In this document: positions 37,901-44,883 of the stretch, in pieces
Layout: the number at the start of each line of letters is the position of its first letter
Position numbering within the stretch: position 1 is the first letter of the stretch
Source: Candidatus Kaiserbacteria bacterium
GTDB lineage: Bacteria; Patescibacteriota; Minisyncoccia; Phycocordibacterales; UBA918
Direction: 5' to 3'
Assembly: GCA_043770255.1 (NCBI GenBank)
Contig: JAYVIL010000021.1
Coordinates: 1-47,492, forward strand
DNA: 47,492 nucleotides
Translations under genes and position numbers: made by a program
The notes under the pieces: model-generated
The model's database searches: none
What the model was told of the DNA's origin: nothing
Seen by the model: only the letters and a program-made list of their open reading frames with translations

Positions 37901-40900
37901 CGGCCACGTCAACCAATGCCCAATATCAACTGGAGTACGGACCAAAAATAACAACCTGTAGCGCGGTAAGTGTTTGGACAAACGTAGATACTGCCAATGA
38001 CGACTGGAATATGTCTAATTCGGGTAACTTGACTGACGGTGCTGACACTACAAACATCGCTACCTCAACTGGTGGCGTAAGCGACGGTAATCCAACATTT
38101 TTAACCCCAAATGGTGGAGTGAAAGACACATCCGCGGTTACTGGTAACATCACCCTTAATTCAACGCAATTTACTGAGCTAGAATACAGCATCACCTCAA
38201 CCGGCATTACGGGCAGTAATGTGACCTACTGTTTAAGGGTGACCAATCTTGGTACTGAATTAAATCAGTATCTTAACTACGCAGAAATTAGAACTGCACC
38301 ACGAAGAGATTTTAAAATTCAACGCGGAGTTACCAATATTACGGGTACCAGTAGTACGCTCACAGCGGGGGTAAACTATAATGCACCATCAGCGACGTCT
38401 GCAGCCTTTGTACGAATAACTAACACCCAAATGACTGGTGCCGGCCGAAATACCTTGGGTGGTGCCCAAAATGCTCGTGATGTAACAGCCTTTATTAGTA
38501 ACCCGAGTAACCTTCTTACCAACTTCACTCTCGCACGGGCTGGTAACGTTAACAATACGCAGGTGTACTGGGAAATTATTGAATTTATTGGGGCTACCAG
38601 TACCGATAATGAAATGAAAGTATTACAAACGGGAACTTTGAATTTACCGAGTGCTTCGACGACGGCTACTGGTACCGCAGTTACTGGGGTGGCTGATGAT
38701 GCAGATGTTGTCGTCTTTATTACCGGTATTCAAAATGCCGATGTTGGTCGTAACTTCTACTATGCAGGAGCGGTGACCTCGCAATGGGATGCTGCGGGTA
38801 ATCGAGCGGTACTGCGACGTGGAGCTGGTGGTGCTATTGTGGACGTGAGTTATGCGGTCGTGGAGTTTACGGGTATTAACTGGAACATTCAACGGGTCGA
38901 ACACACCTATGCCTCAAGTACCATTACTGAAACCGAACCTATTACTCCCGTAAACAGTTTGGCACGAACGTTTGTTCATGCGCAAAAACGTATTAATGCA
39001 CTCGGAAACGTAAATAACTATGGTCATGAAGTGTGGCTTTCCAGTATCGGTGCTGTTTCGTTTAAACTCGAAGATGCGGCGACGACACCAGCGTCACATA
39101 CAGCAGTCGTGTGGGTTATCGAAAATCAACAGACAAGTGCCGGAGCGATGAAAGTACAGCGTAGTAACGGTAACACTACCGACGGCACAGAGCCTGTGGC
39201 ACTGGCCGTTCCGATTTTTACACCACTGGAAACTACTGCCAATGCCTCGATTTGGGGTACCTCTCGAGCGGTGGGGGCGAACTCCAACTTCCCAATTCCA
39301 ATGGCTGGCCTCACCATTACGTCAACGTCATCGTATACGCTCTGGCGGAGTGAGGCGTCTACTGCGCTTTTGACATATCGTACCGAAGTAGTTGAGTGGC
39401 CAATTAATGGTTTGGCAGTACGGCAAAATTATTACCGATTATATGTAGATAATAACGCCATTTTACCAACTGACCCGTGGCCGCCAGGACCAAGCGATCT
39501 CGGAGAAAATACCCCAGTCTCCATTTCTGACCAACCTTTAGGTGAAGCTGATAGAGTTCGGTTACGCATGTCACTACGGGTGAGTAATGCCAACTTACCG
39601 GCTGGATTATATGATTTTAAATTACAATATGGATTACGCTTAACCTCGTGTTCGGCTGTTGGTACCTGGACCGATGTAGGGGCGGCAGGTAGTGCCGCTG
39701 TGTGGCGAGGATACAATGCCACCGGAACCACAAACGGCGTCAATCTCTCAATTGATCCGCCAACATTTGGTGATCTTGTCTTATCAGTATCCAACATTGC
39801 GGGAAGTTATGTCGAAGAAAATCCCACTCCGGCCAACCCGTTCGGTGCTGACCCAAATCGTAATGTGGAATATGATTTCCAGCTTGAGCACAATGGTGCC
39901 ATTGAGCGCAGCGTGTATTGCTTCCGCATGGTCAGAAGTGACGGTACAACGCTCGACGGTTACTTAAACTATCCACAAATTCGGACAGCGGGCTTTACAC
40001 CGCAAACTCAAAATTGGCGTTGGTATGATGATTCCAATAATGAAACACCAATTTCTCCACTTTCTGCGGAAACTGTTGCTCCGATTGAAATTCAAAATGA
40101 TAATGCCCTGGCGTTGCGCGTTACTGTTGGTGAAGCTAAAAACGTCCGGGGACAAAACGTAAAATTTAAATTGCAGTACGACGAAAATCCGAACTTTACT
40201 AACCCCCGCGACGTCACTGCAACGTCAACCTGTTTAGCTACTTCTACCTGGTGTTATGCCGCAGGTGGTGCGCTCGACAATGCTACCATTACCACAAAAG
40301 TCTTAACCGATGCTAACGTGTGTGCGAGTGCTACTGGCACCGGGTGCGGCACTCACAATACGTCGGGTGTGTTTGTGCTTGGTGATACTCACCAACCTAG
40401 TGCGAATCGTGAATACGCTTTTTATGTCCGCCAAGTCCTGGCTCGGACAGGAGTAGTGTATTACTTCAGATTATACGATACGCTCAATGAGGTGCCGGTT
40501 ATTCTTAAATCTGGCAGTGCCTATCCTAGTACTGTCGCCGAAACAGCTAAGCTCTCGCTTACTATAGCTGGTTTACCCGCTGGTACAACAACTGCTGGGG
40601 TGACACTCACCGCGACTTCGACACCGACCACGGTTAACTTTGGCACCATCCCCATTAATACCCCTTGGTATTCAGCTCACAGGATAAGTGTCACTACCAA
40701 TGCCCTCGAAGGATACCGGGTTCTAAGCTACGCCAGGCAGCAACTTTTGAATAGCTACGGTACGGCCATTAACTCAATTACAGGTACTAATGCCGCTCCC
40801 ACGAGTTGGGCTGTAGGGTGTAGTGTGAGCGCTCCAGGCTGTATTGGATACCACACCACTGACGCTACGTTAGCTTCAGGTTCAACCAGATTCTCACCAC

Positions 40901-41064
40901 TTGATAGTTTTGCTGGCTTGCAAACTACGCCACAAGAAGTGATGTACAGCTCTCTTCCAGCCAGCGATGTTCATGATATTCTATACAAAGTGCAGGTTGG
41001 GTCACTCCAGCCCGCTGGTACCTACGAAACTGAAATTGTCTATCTCGCAGTTCCAACGTACTAA
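34906..41064 (+). CDS. 2052-aa modular surface protein with a WxL-like C-terminal domain
   Basis: Signal peptide (LVTVLLLMITICAQFTFLEFIAPKIAQA). N-terminal propeller-like region with Asp-box-like strings (STTGGDSW, TSAMSSWS; about 35068-36180). Tandem (A-B)x2 modules (36211-38300). A 4-fold repeat region (38299-39405). Two more W-R/Y-x-D sandwich modules (39421-40540). The C-terminal 172 aa (40546-41061) are homologous to the 383-aa protein C-terminus and end in YETEIVYLAVPTY*. Confidence 0.88.
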   Translation: MGRYPSIFNCVRSHRLVTVLLLMITICAQFTFLEFIAPKIAQAVLRTIDGDVSQTVSRHIFAGSQTVFISDLVGYKFYVDVSGICVYSKSTTGGDSWGAAVTVDSKTDCNGIAVWYDGWTPGDTGTNIHIATMNVANATDVIWYNRLDTSTDTRLSGTTPINTVSNSAQVPTYVAGTNSHTISKGTDGTIYIAASDASDSFVIECSTSCNTTTNWTQTGANFMDLDNDYNLLMPLLGGNMLLINRDISLDDIRTRLWDNSNWSGSWTAVDSNTPESATYDIGMAATQDHTSGDIYLAYASDNDNYTVLDHDVRTAKYVSGSWTGTTALFTNTTRGLTSVAISLDTNLGVIYVVYGLRTTPATATTGNIYFATSTSAMSSWSPERGPVNSGAADYYAIDANLMSDERIYATWMDPGTNPDEVFGDTLADIAPVTKASTLGNATSSISASTTNVYTGGTFVIKESQVSRNVTDITISENGTVDGSSAIKNIVMRYDLDTTAPYDCASESYSGSETQFGSTDANGFTGSDGVASFNGLVNITPTQAMCVYTIVDVLDSALSASTLRIYVNNPSTDILVSGGGVVTPNTTINFASSTLINNDTLTQTHYHWRNDNGSETGATSATGGTADTPIPALLQNTPRRLRVQVSNEGNLTSPATQFRLEYAEAAPTCALASGWTDVNAANDAWNMFDSSFVTNSTSTTDILVANGGMINENTTFLTPNGGLLDTTSQTGNLTLLTTNFVELEYSLVASSSAIQGTTYCFRVTSAGNELPVYSQYPAVTVSADVTMSATGTQATSVIIPTTNFQVGGTFVFTENVSSRNLTAITITENGTVDGTTGLDNIRLRYDLDTTAPYNCASESYAGSELQFGATDTDGFSGPNGSSTFSGSVSLTSTQAICVYTVFDVTSSASNNETVQIEITNGGNDVVISAGTVGPTTPIMLAGTTTLSGAILAQTGFHWRTDSGTEATAVSATAGQENTLLTEHPAGTSIRLRLGVSNEGAATSTNAQYQLEYGPKITTCSAVSVWTNVDTANDDWNMSNSGNLTDGADTTNIATSTGGVSDGNPTFLTPNGGVKDTSAVTGNITLNSTQFTELEYSITSTGITGSNVTYCLRVTNLGTELNQYLNYAEIRTAPRRDFKIQRGVTNITGTSSTLTAGVNYNAPSATSAAFVRITNTQMTGAGRNTLGGAQNARDVTAFISNPSNLLTNFTLARAGNVNNTQVYWEIIEFIGATSTDNEMKVLQTGTLNLPSASTTATGTAVTGVADDADVVVFITGIQNADVGRNFYYAGAVTSQWDAAGNRAVLRRGAGGAIVDVSYAVVEFTGINWNIQRVEHTYASSTITETEPITPVNSLARTFVHAQKRINALGNVNNYGHEVWLSSIGAVSFKLEDAATTPASHTAVVWVIENQQTSAGAMKVQRSNGNTTDGTEPVALAVPIFTPLETTANASIWGTSRAVGANSNFPIPMAGLTITSTSSYTLWRSEASTALLTYRTEVVEWPINGLAVRQNYYRLYVDNNAILPTDPWPPGPSDLGENTPVSISDQPLGEADRVRLRMSLRVSNANLPAGLYDFKLQYGLRLTSCSAVGTWTDVGAAGSAAVWRGYNATGTTNGVNLSIDPPTFGDLVLSVSNIAGSYVEENPTPANPFGADPNRNVEYDFQLEHNGAIERSVYCFRMVRSDGTTLDGYLNYPQIRTAGFTPQTQNWRWYDDSNNETPISPLSAETVAPIEIQNDNALALRVTVGEAKNVRGQNVKFKLQYDENPNFTNPRDVTATSTCLATSTWCYAAGGALDNATITTKVLTDANVCASATGTGCGTHNTSGVFVLGDTHQPSANREYAFYVRQVLARTGVVYYFRLYDTLNEVPVILKSGSAYPSTVAETAKLSLTIAGLPAGTTTAGVTLTATSTPTTVNFGTIPINTPWYSAHRISVTTNALEGYRVLSYARQQLLNSYGTAINSITGTNAAPTSWAVGCSVSAPGCIGYHTTDATLASGSTRFSPLDSFAGLQTTPQEVMYSSLPASDVHDILYKVQVGSLQPAGTYETEIVYLAVPTY
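36211..38300 (+). repeat. Tandem duplication of a two-module (A-B) unit of about 1.05 kb inside the 2052-aa gene
   Basis: A modules: ...GGTFVIKESQVSRNVTDITISENGTVDGSSAIKNIVMRYDLDTTAPYDCASESYSGSETQFG... versus ...GGTFVFTENVSSRNLTAITITENGTVDGTTGLDNIRLRYDLDTTAPYNCASESYAGSELQFG.... B modules: THYHWRNDNGSE...FVELEYSL...TYCFRVTS... versus TGFHWRTDSGTE...FTELEYSI...TYCLRVTN.... Confidence 0.8.
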
Positions 41065-41069
41065 ATTAT

Positions 41070-42047
41070 ATGAAATATCTCTTACTCTTTTTTGCCCTTG
41101 TCTGTCTCACGTCGCTTACGTCTGCCTCTGAATATGCTGTCACACCGCTCTTGATTGAAAACAGCATTGAGCCCCGCGATATGTTTGAGGAGTCAGTGAA
41201 AATTACCAATACGACCAATCACAAACTCCGTATTTTTCCAACAGTCAACGAAATTACCGTTGGTGACGAGGGGGAAGTGAAGTCCTTCATCCCGGCTTCG
41301 ATGAGCGATAATACTACCAGTATTACGAGCTGGATTTCAGTTACTCGGGGACGGGTAGAAATAAATCCTGGTGAAACCATAAAAATTCCAGTCTCCTTTA
41401 CCATCAACCCAAACGCTCTGCCGGGTGAATATCATGCCTTTATTGGTTTTGCTGAAGGTTCAAAGAGGGACGAGGCCGAAGCTCTGGTAACTTCTGGCCG
41501 TGCTCCAGGAGTGGTAGTTCGCTTATCACTCACTGAAAAAAGGTCTGAATATTTGCGACTCAATCGCTTTGTGGTAGATCGGTTTGTGACCGAAGTAAAA
41601 CCTGGTGCACTGACCTATGAAATTGAAAATGTAGGTGGTTTGCCTATTATTCCAGGGGGAGAAATTGTTTTCTATAACAGTCGCGGTGTTGAATTAGATT
41701 CACTTGCTGTGAACCCAGATAAACTAACCATCGCTGCAAATGCCAAAGAAACTTTTACGCAAACAGTGCCTGATTTAGGAATTGTCGGTCGGCACAAAGC
41801 ATTGTTAAACATCGAGTATGGAACAGGCATGCGCGCTAATTTGTATGACACTACCTACTTTAACGTGATACCGGTTTTGTATTTAACGTTACTTTTTGGT
41901 TTTTTGCTTAGTTTAGCTCTGATACTAGCGTTTTGGTACCATCGAAGTAGGACAGGGTACGTGGAGCAGGACGATGAAGTCTCAATGTATGTTCGCACTG
42001 GCGTAGTGGGTCAAGAAAAAGATCATGATATCAACCTTAAAAAATAA
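41070..42047 (+). CDS. Membrane-anchored protein with two Ig-like domains (DUF916/DUF3324-like architecture)
   Basis: Signal peptide MKYLLLFFALVCLTSLTSA. YAVTPLLIENSIEPRDMFEESVKITNTTNHKLRIFP...SWISVTRGRVEINPGETIKIPVSFTINPNALPGEYHAFIGF. Second domain ...LTYEIENVGGLPIIPGGEIVFYNSRG...GRHKALLNIEYG. C-terminal TM VLYLTLLFGFLLSLALILAFWY. Confidence 0.78.
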   Translation: MKYLLLFFALVCLTSLTSASEYAVTPLLIENSIEPRDMFEESVKITNTTNHKLRIFPTVNEITVGDEGEVKSFIPASMSDNTTSITSWISVTRGRVEINPGETIKIPVSFTINPNALPGEYHAFIGFAEGSKRDEAEALVTSGRAPGVVVRLSLTEKRSEYLRLNRFVVDRFVTEVKPGALTYEIENVGGLPIIPGGEIVFYNSRGVELDSLAVNPDKLTIAANAKETFTQTVPDLGIVGRHKALLNIEYGTGMRANLYDTTYFNVIPVLYLTLLFGFLLSLALILAFWYHRSRTGYVEQDDEVSMYVRTGVVGQEKDHDINLKK

Positions 42048-43683
42048 TTCACTTTTACTGTGCGTACTTTTGGTGGGTAGTTTTTTACCCTTCTTACTAC
42101 AAGCGCAAGTTGAACGTACCCAAACACTCAGTGTTTCACCAACGCTATTTCAGATGACCGCCAATCCTAGTCAATCTTGGGAGAGTGAAATTAGAGTGGT
42201 AAATGTTAACGACTTTGAAATTACAGTGTATCCGCAGGTAGTTAATTTTGCTCCCTCGGGCGAGAGTGGAACGGGTGCACTTATCCCTATTTTTGCTGAA
42301 GAAACAAAAGGGACAACTTTGGCAGAGTGGGTGACGCTAACGCAACGTGAAGTAGTGATTGCTCCAGGACAAACTGCCACGATTCCATTCTCAGTTAAAG
42401 TCACCCCTGATGCTGCTCCGGGTGGACACTACGCTGCTATACTCGTTGGCACAAAACCGCCCCAGAAAACTACTGCTGCCTCACAGGTGCAGACAGCTCA
42501 ATTTGTTACCTCGCTTTTGTTTGTGCGGGTGTCTGGAGACGTGATTGAAAGTGGAAATATTCGTGAGTTTACAACCGAAAAAACTATCAATAATGATCCT
42601 GATATTCAGTTTAACATTCGCTTTGAAAATACTGGCAATGTACATTTACAGCCACAAGGAGATATCACAATTACCAATATGTGGAGTATGGAGCGTGGTG
42701 TGATACCAATTAACTACCAGACTCATTTTGGAAATGTTCTACCCGCCAGCATTCGCAAGTTTAGTTTTAGCTGGATGGGAGCTAAATCGTCTTATGACAT
42801 TGGTCGCTTCAAAGCGATTGCCACGTTGGGCTATGGCGAAGACACAAAGAATTTCTCAACCAGTACGACATATTTTTGGGTGATACCCCTAAAAGAAATC
42901 TTCATTATATTCACCTGTCTCGCAGTCATGTTTTGGTTCTTTAGTTTTGTCGTAAAATTATATATCAAGCGCATGCTGGTACTGGCTGGACTGGAACCGG
43001 GGAGTGGCCGTCAAACTGGTGTTAATAAAAATTACCCAGAATATAGTAGCCACGCAGAGATGCCAGCTAAAACAGTTATTATCAAGCGTTACCAAACAGT
43101 AACGGCACCAGTGCGATATAGTGTCAGAGAATTCCTGGAGAACATTAAAGCTGCTCATGCCGTACGTGATATTTTAAAAGTTTGTTTTCAGTTTATCTTC
43201 AGGAACAAAATTTCTATTTTATTCATTAGTATGTTGATTGGTGTTTTTGCGCTGACGTTTTGGTTCTTTAGTGAGAGTAATACAAAATCTCGACCCTATG
43301 ATGTCGGCATTATTAATCCAGATTCCACAGTAGTTATTTCTTCAGATGAAATACTGTATAAAAATTTACCAGAATATGAATTGCCGCCAGGTGCACAAAA
43401 GGTAGGTGTACAGGCATTTACAATTGAGTTAGTAAACGCCGGTGGCGAGCCAGGACTAGCCGCAAAAGTGCGGAGAAAGCTCGAAGCCTACGGTTATACG
43501 GTAGACAGCATTGAAAATGAACTGGGCCGCTCTGATACTAAGTCAGTCATAATATTTCATCCAGACAACAAAGAGTCAGCTTTAGAATTAAGTAAAACGT
43601 TGCAACAAGCGCTCTTGTCAACAGATCAAGATATTTCAAAAAATTCAGTTCGCATCTATATCGGTACAGATAATCGCCAGTAG
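42025..43683 (+). CDS. DUF916/DUF3324-like ectodomain fused through two TM helices to a LytR_C-like domain
   Basis: Signal peptide LLLCVLLVGSFLPFLLQA. LSVSPTLFQMTANPSQSWESEIRVVNVNDFEITVYP...EWVTLTQREVVIAPGQTATIPFSVKVTPDAAPGGHYAAILV, then ...IRFENTGNVHLQPQGDITITN.... TM1 IFIIFTCLAVMFWFFSFVVKLYI, a loop of about 80 aa, TM2 ISILFISMLIGVFALTFWFF. C-terminus FTIELVNAGGEPGLAAKVRRKLEAYGYTVDSIENELGRSDTKSVIIFHPDN...VRIYIGTD (LytR_C pattern). Overlaps the previous gene by 23 nt. Confidence 0.75.
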   Translation: MISTLKNNSLLLCVLLVGSFLPFLLQAQVERTQTLSVSPTLFQMTANPSQSWESEIRVVNVNDFEITVYPQVVNFAPSGESGTGALIPIFAEETKGTTLAEWVTLTQREVVIAPGQTATIPFSVKVTPDAAPGGHYAAILVGTKPPQKTTAASQVQTAQFVTSLLFVRVSGDVIESGNIREFTTEKTINNDPDIQFNIRFENTGNVHLQPQGDITITNMWSMERGVIPINYQTHFGNVLPASIRKFSFSWMGAKSSYDIGRFKAIATLGYGEDTKNFSTSTTYFWVIPLKEIFIIFTCLAVMFWFFSFVVKLYIKRMLVLAGLEPGSGRQTGVNKNYPEYSSHAEMPAKTVIIKRYQTVTAPVRYSVREFLENIKAAHAVRDILKVCFQFIFRNKISILFISMLIGVFALTFWFFSESNTKSRPYDVGIINPDSTVVISSDEILYKNLPEYELPPGAQKVGVQAFTIELVNAGGEPGLAAKVRRKLEAYGYTVDSIENELGRSDTKSVIIFHPDNKESALELSKTLQQALLSTDQDISKNSVRIYIGTDNRQ

Positions 43684-43736
43684 AGATGGTATACTTAGTA
43701 CTGAACCTGATGTTACTTAACTAAGTACTATTATGT

Positions 43737-44210
43737 ATGTCAAATAAAACAATTACGCTTACCACACTGTTATTTGCCTTGATTGTAGCGGGCATGTTTT
43801 TGTTTACCTATCTCTCTAAAACCACTACACCAGAGCCTGTTGTGCCCCTACCACCTGCGACCACTACCGCTGCCTTTGGAATTACTCGCATTGAGGGAAA
43901 ACATTTCTTTATCGATGGAGTACATACAATTGTGGGCGAGGTACTGATGCCGACGCCTTGTGACTTACTTACTACCGAGTCCGTTGTGGCTGAATCGTAT
44001 CCCGAGCAAGTGACTTTTGCCTTTTCTGTTGTGAATACAACAGATTCTTGTGCACAAGTTGTGACCAGTCAACGCTTCAAAGTAGAGGCCACAGCGAGCA
44101 AGCTCGCTAATCTCAAAGCTACTTTTATGGGGCAATCAGTAGAGCTGAATCTAACGGAAGCAACTCTTGGTGAGACACCAGAATCTTTTGAACTCTTTAT
44201 TAAAGGGTAA
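43737..44210 (+). CDS. Small N-terminally anchored protein of unknown function (157 aa)
   Basis: TM LTTLLFALIVAGMFLFTYL, a Pro/Thr linker, then a beta-rich domain of about 110 aa with two Cys. Confidence 0.65.
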   Translation: MSNKTITLTTLLFALIVAGMFLFTYLSKTTTPEPVVPLPPATTTAAFGITRIEGKHFFIDGVHTIVGEVLMPTPCDLLTTESVVAESYPEQVTFAFSVVNTTDSCAQVVTSQRFKVEATASKLANLKATFMGQSVELNLTEATLGETPESFELFIKG

Positions 44211-44252
44211 GTTGTTATAGGGTGCGCAGGTGTGTATGCTAAACTGTAACAA

Positions 44253-44804
44253 ATGAACAAGAAAAATTTTGTTATACTCTTGATACTAGTAGTGATAATT
44301 TTGCTCGTAGCCGGACTTACATACTTTATTCGCTCTGAATCAATCAAAGAAGCTCAAAATGAAGCAAAAAAAACCCTATTCAGTACTGATGTTGAGGCTC
44401 AATTTTTAGATGCCGGTAACAACCCGCTGTCGCTTTCAGTCTATCAAGATAAGATTTTGGTCGTTAATGTCTGGGCGAGCTGGAGCCCGTATACCGCCGT
44501 TGAATTTCCAATACTGAATGAAGTAGCAAGCTCATACAAAGATAAAGGAGTTCACTTTTTAGTGATGAATCGTAAAGAAAATCAGTCTCAAATTGAACGT
44601 TATTTAGCAACAATTCCTCGATACGATAATTTAGAACAGATTACTGATGTTAATGATTTTTTTTATGCCGGAGTTGATGGATATGCTATGCCAGAAACAG
44701 TTATTTACAATAGTGATGGTAAAATTATTAAACATATTAGGGGGGTCGTTGTGCAGGCTGAACTAGAAGCGATACTCAATGAGATTTTAGCGGAGCAAAA
44801 TTGA
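44253..44804 (+). CDS. TlpA/ResA-like thioredoxin-fold protein lacking the CXXC active site
   Basis: N-terminal TM. ILVVNVWASWSPYTAVEFPILNE aligns with the canonical ..vNFWA.WC.PC..E.P.l motif, with C to S and C to Y changes. ...GYAMPETVIYNSDGKI matches the cis-Pro region. The whole protein contains no Cys. Confidence 0.7.
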   Translation: MNKKNFVILLILVVIILLVAGLTYFIRSESIKEAQNEAKKTLFSTDVEAQFLDAGNNPLSLSVYQDKILVVNVWASWSPYTAVEFPILNEVASSYKDKGVHFLVMNRKENQSQIERYLATIPRYDNLEQITDVNDFFYAGVDGYAMPETVIYNSDGKIIKHIRGVVVQAELEAILNEILAEQN

Positions 44805-44868
44805 TCATCTCACCCTGCGGTAATACCCGTTTTTTAATGGAATATAGCTAGCCTGGTCAGATAATGGT

Positions 44869-44877
44869 TGGTATAGT
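44869..44877 (+). promoter_or_regulatory. Extended -10 element TGGTATAGT ending 6 nt before the ATG at 44884
   Basis: TG-n-TATAGT. The usual distance from the -10 to the transcription start would place the start on or next to the A of the ATG, giving a leaderless mRNA. No SD. Confidence 0.4.
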
Positions 44878-44883
44878 GTAAGT

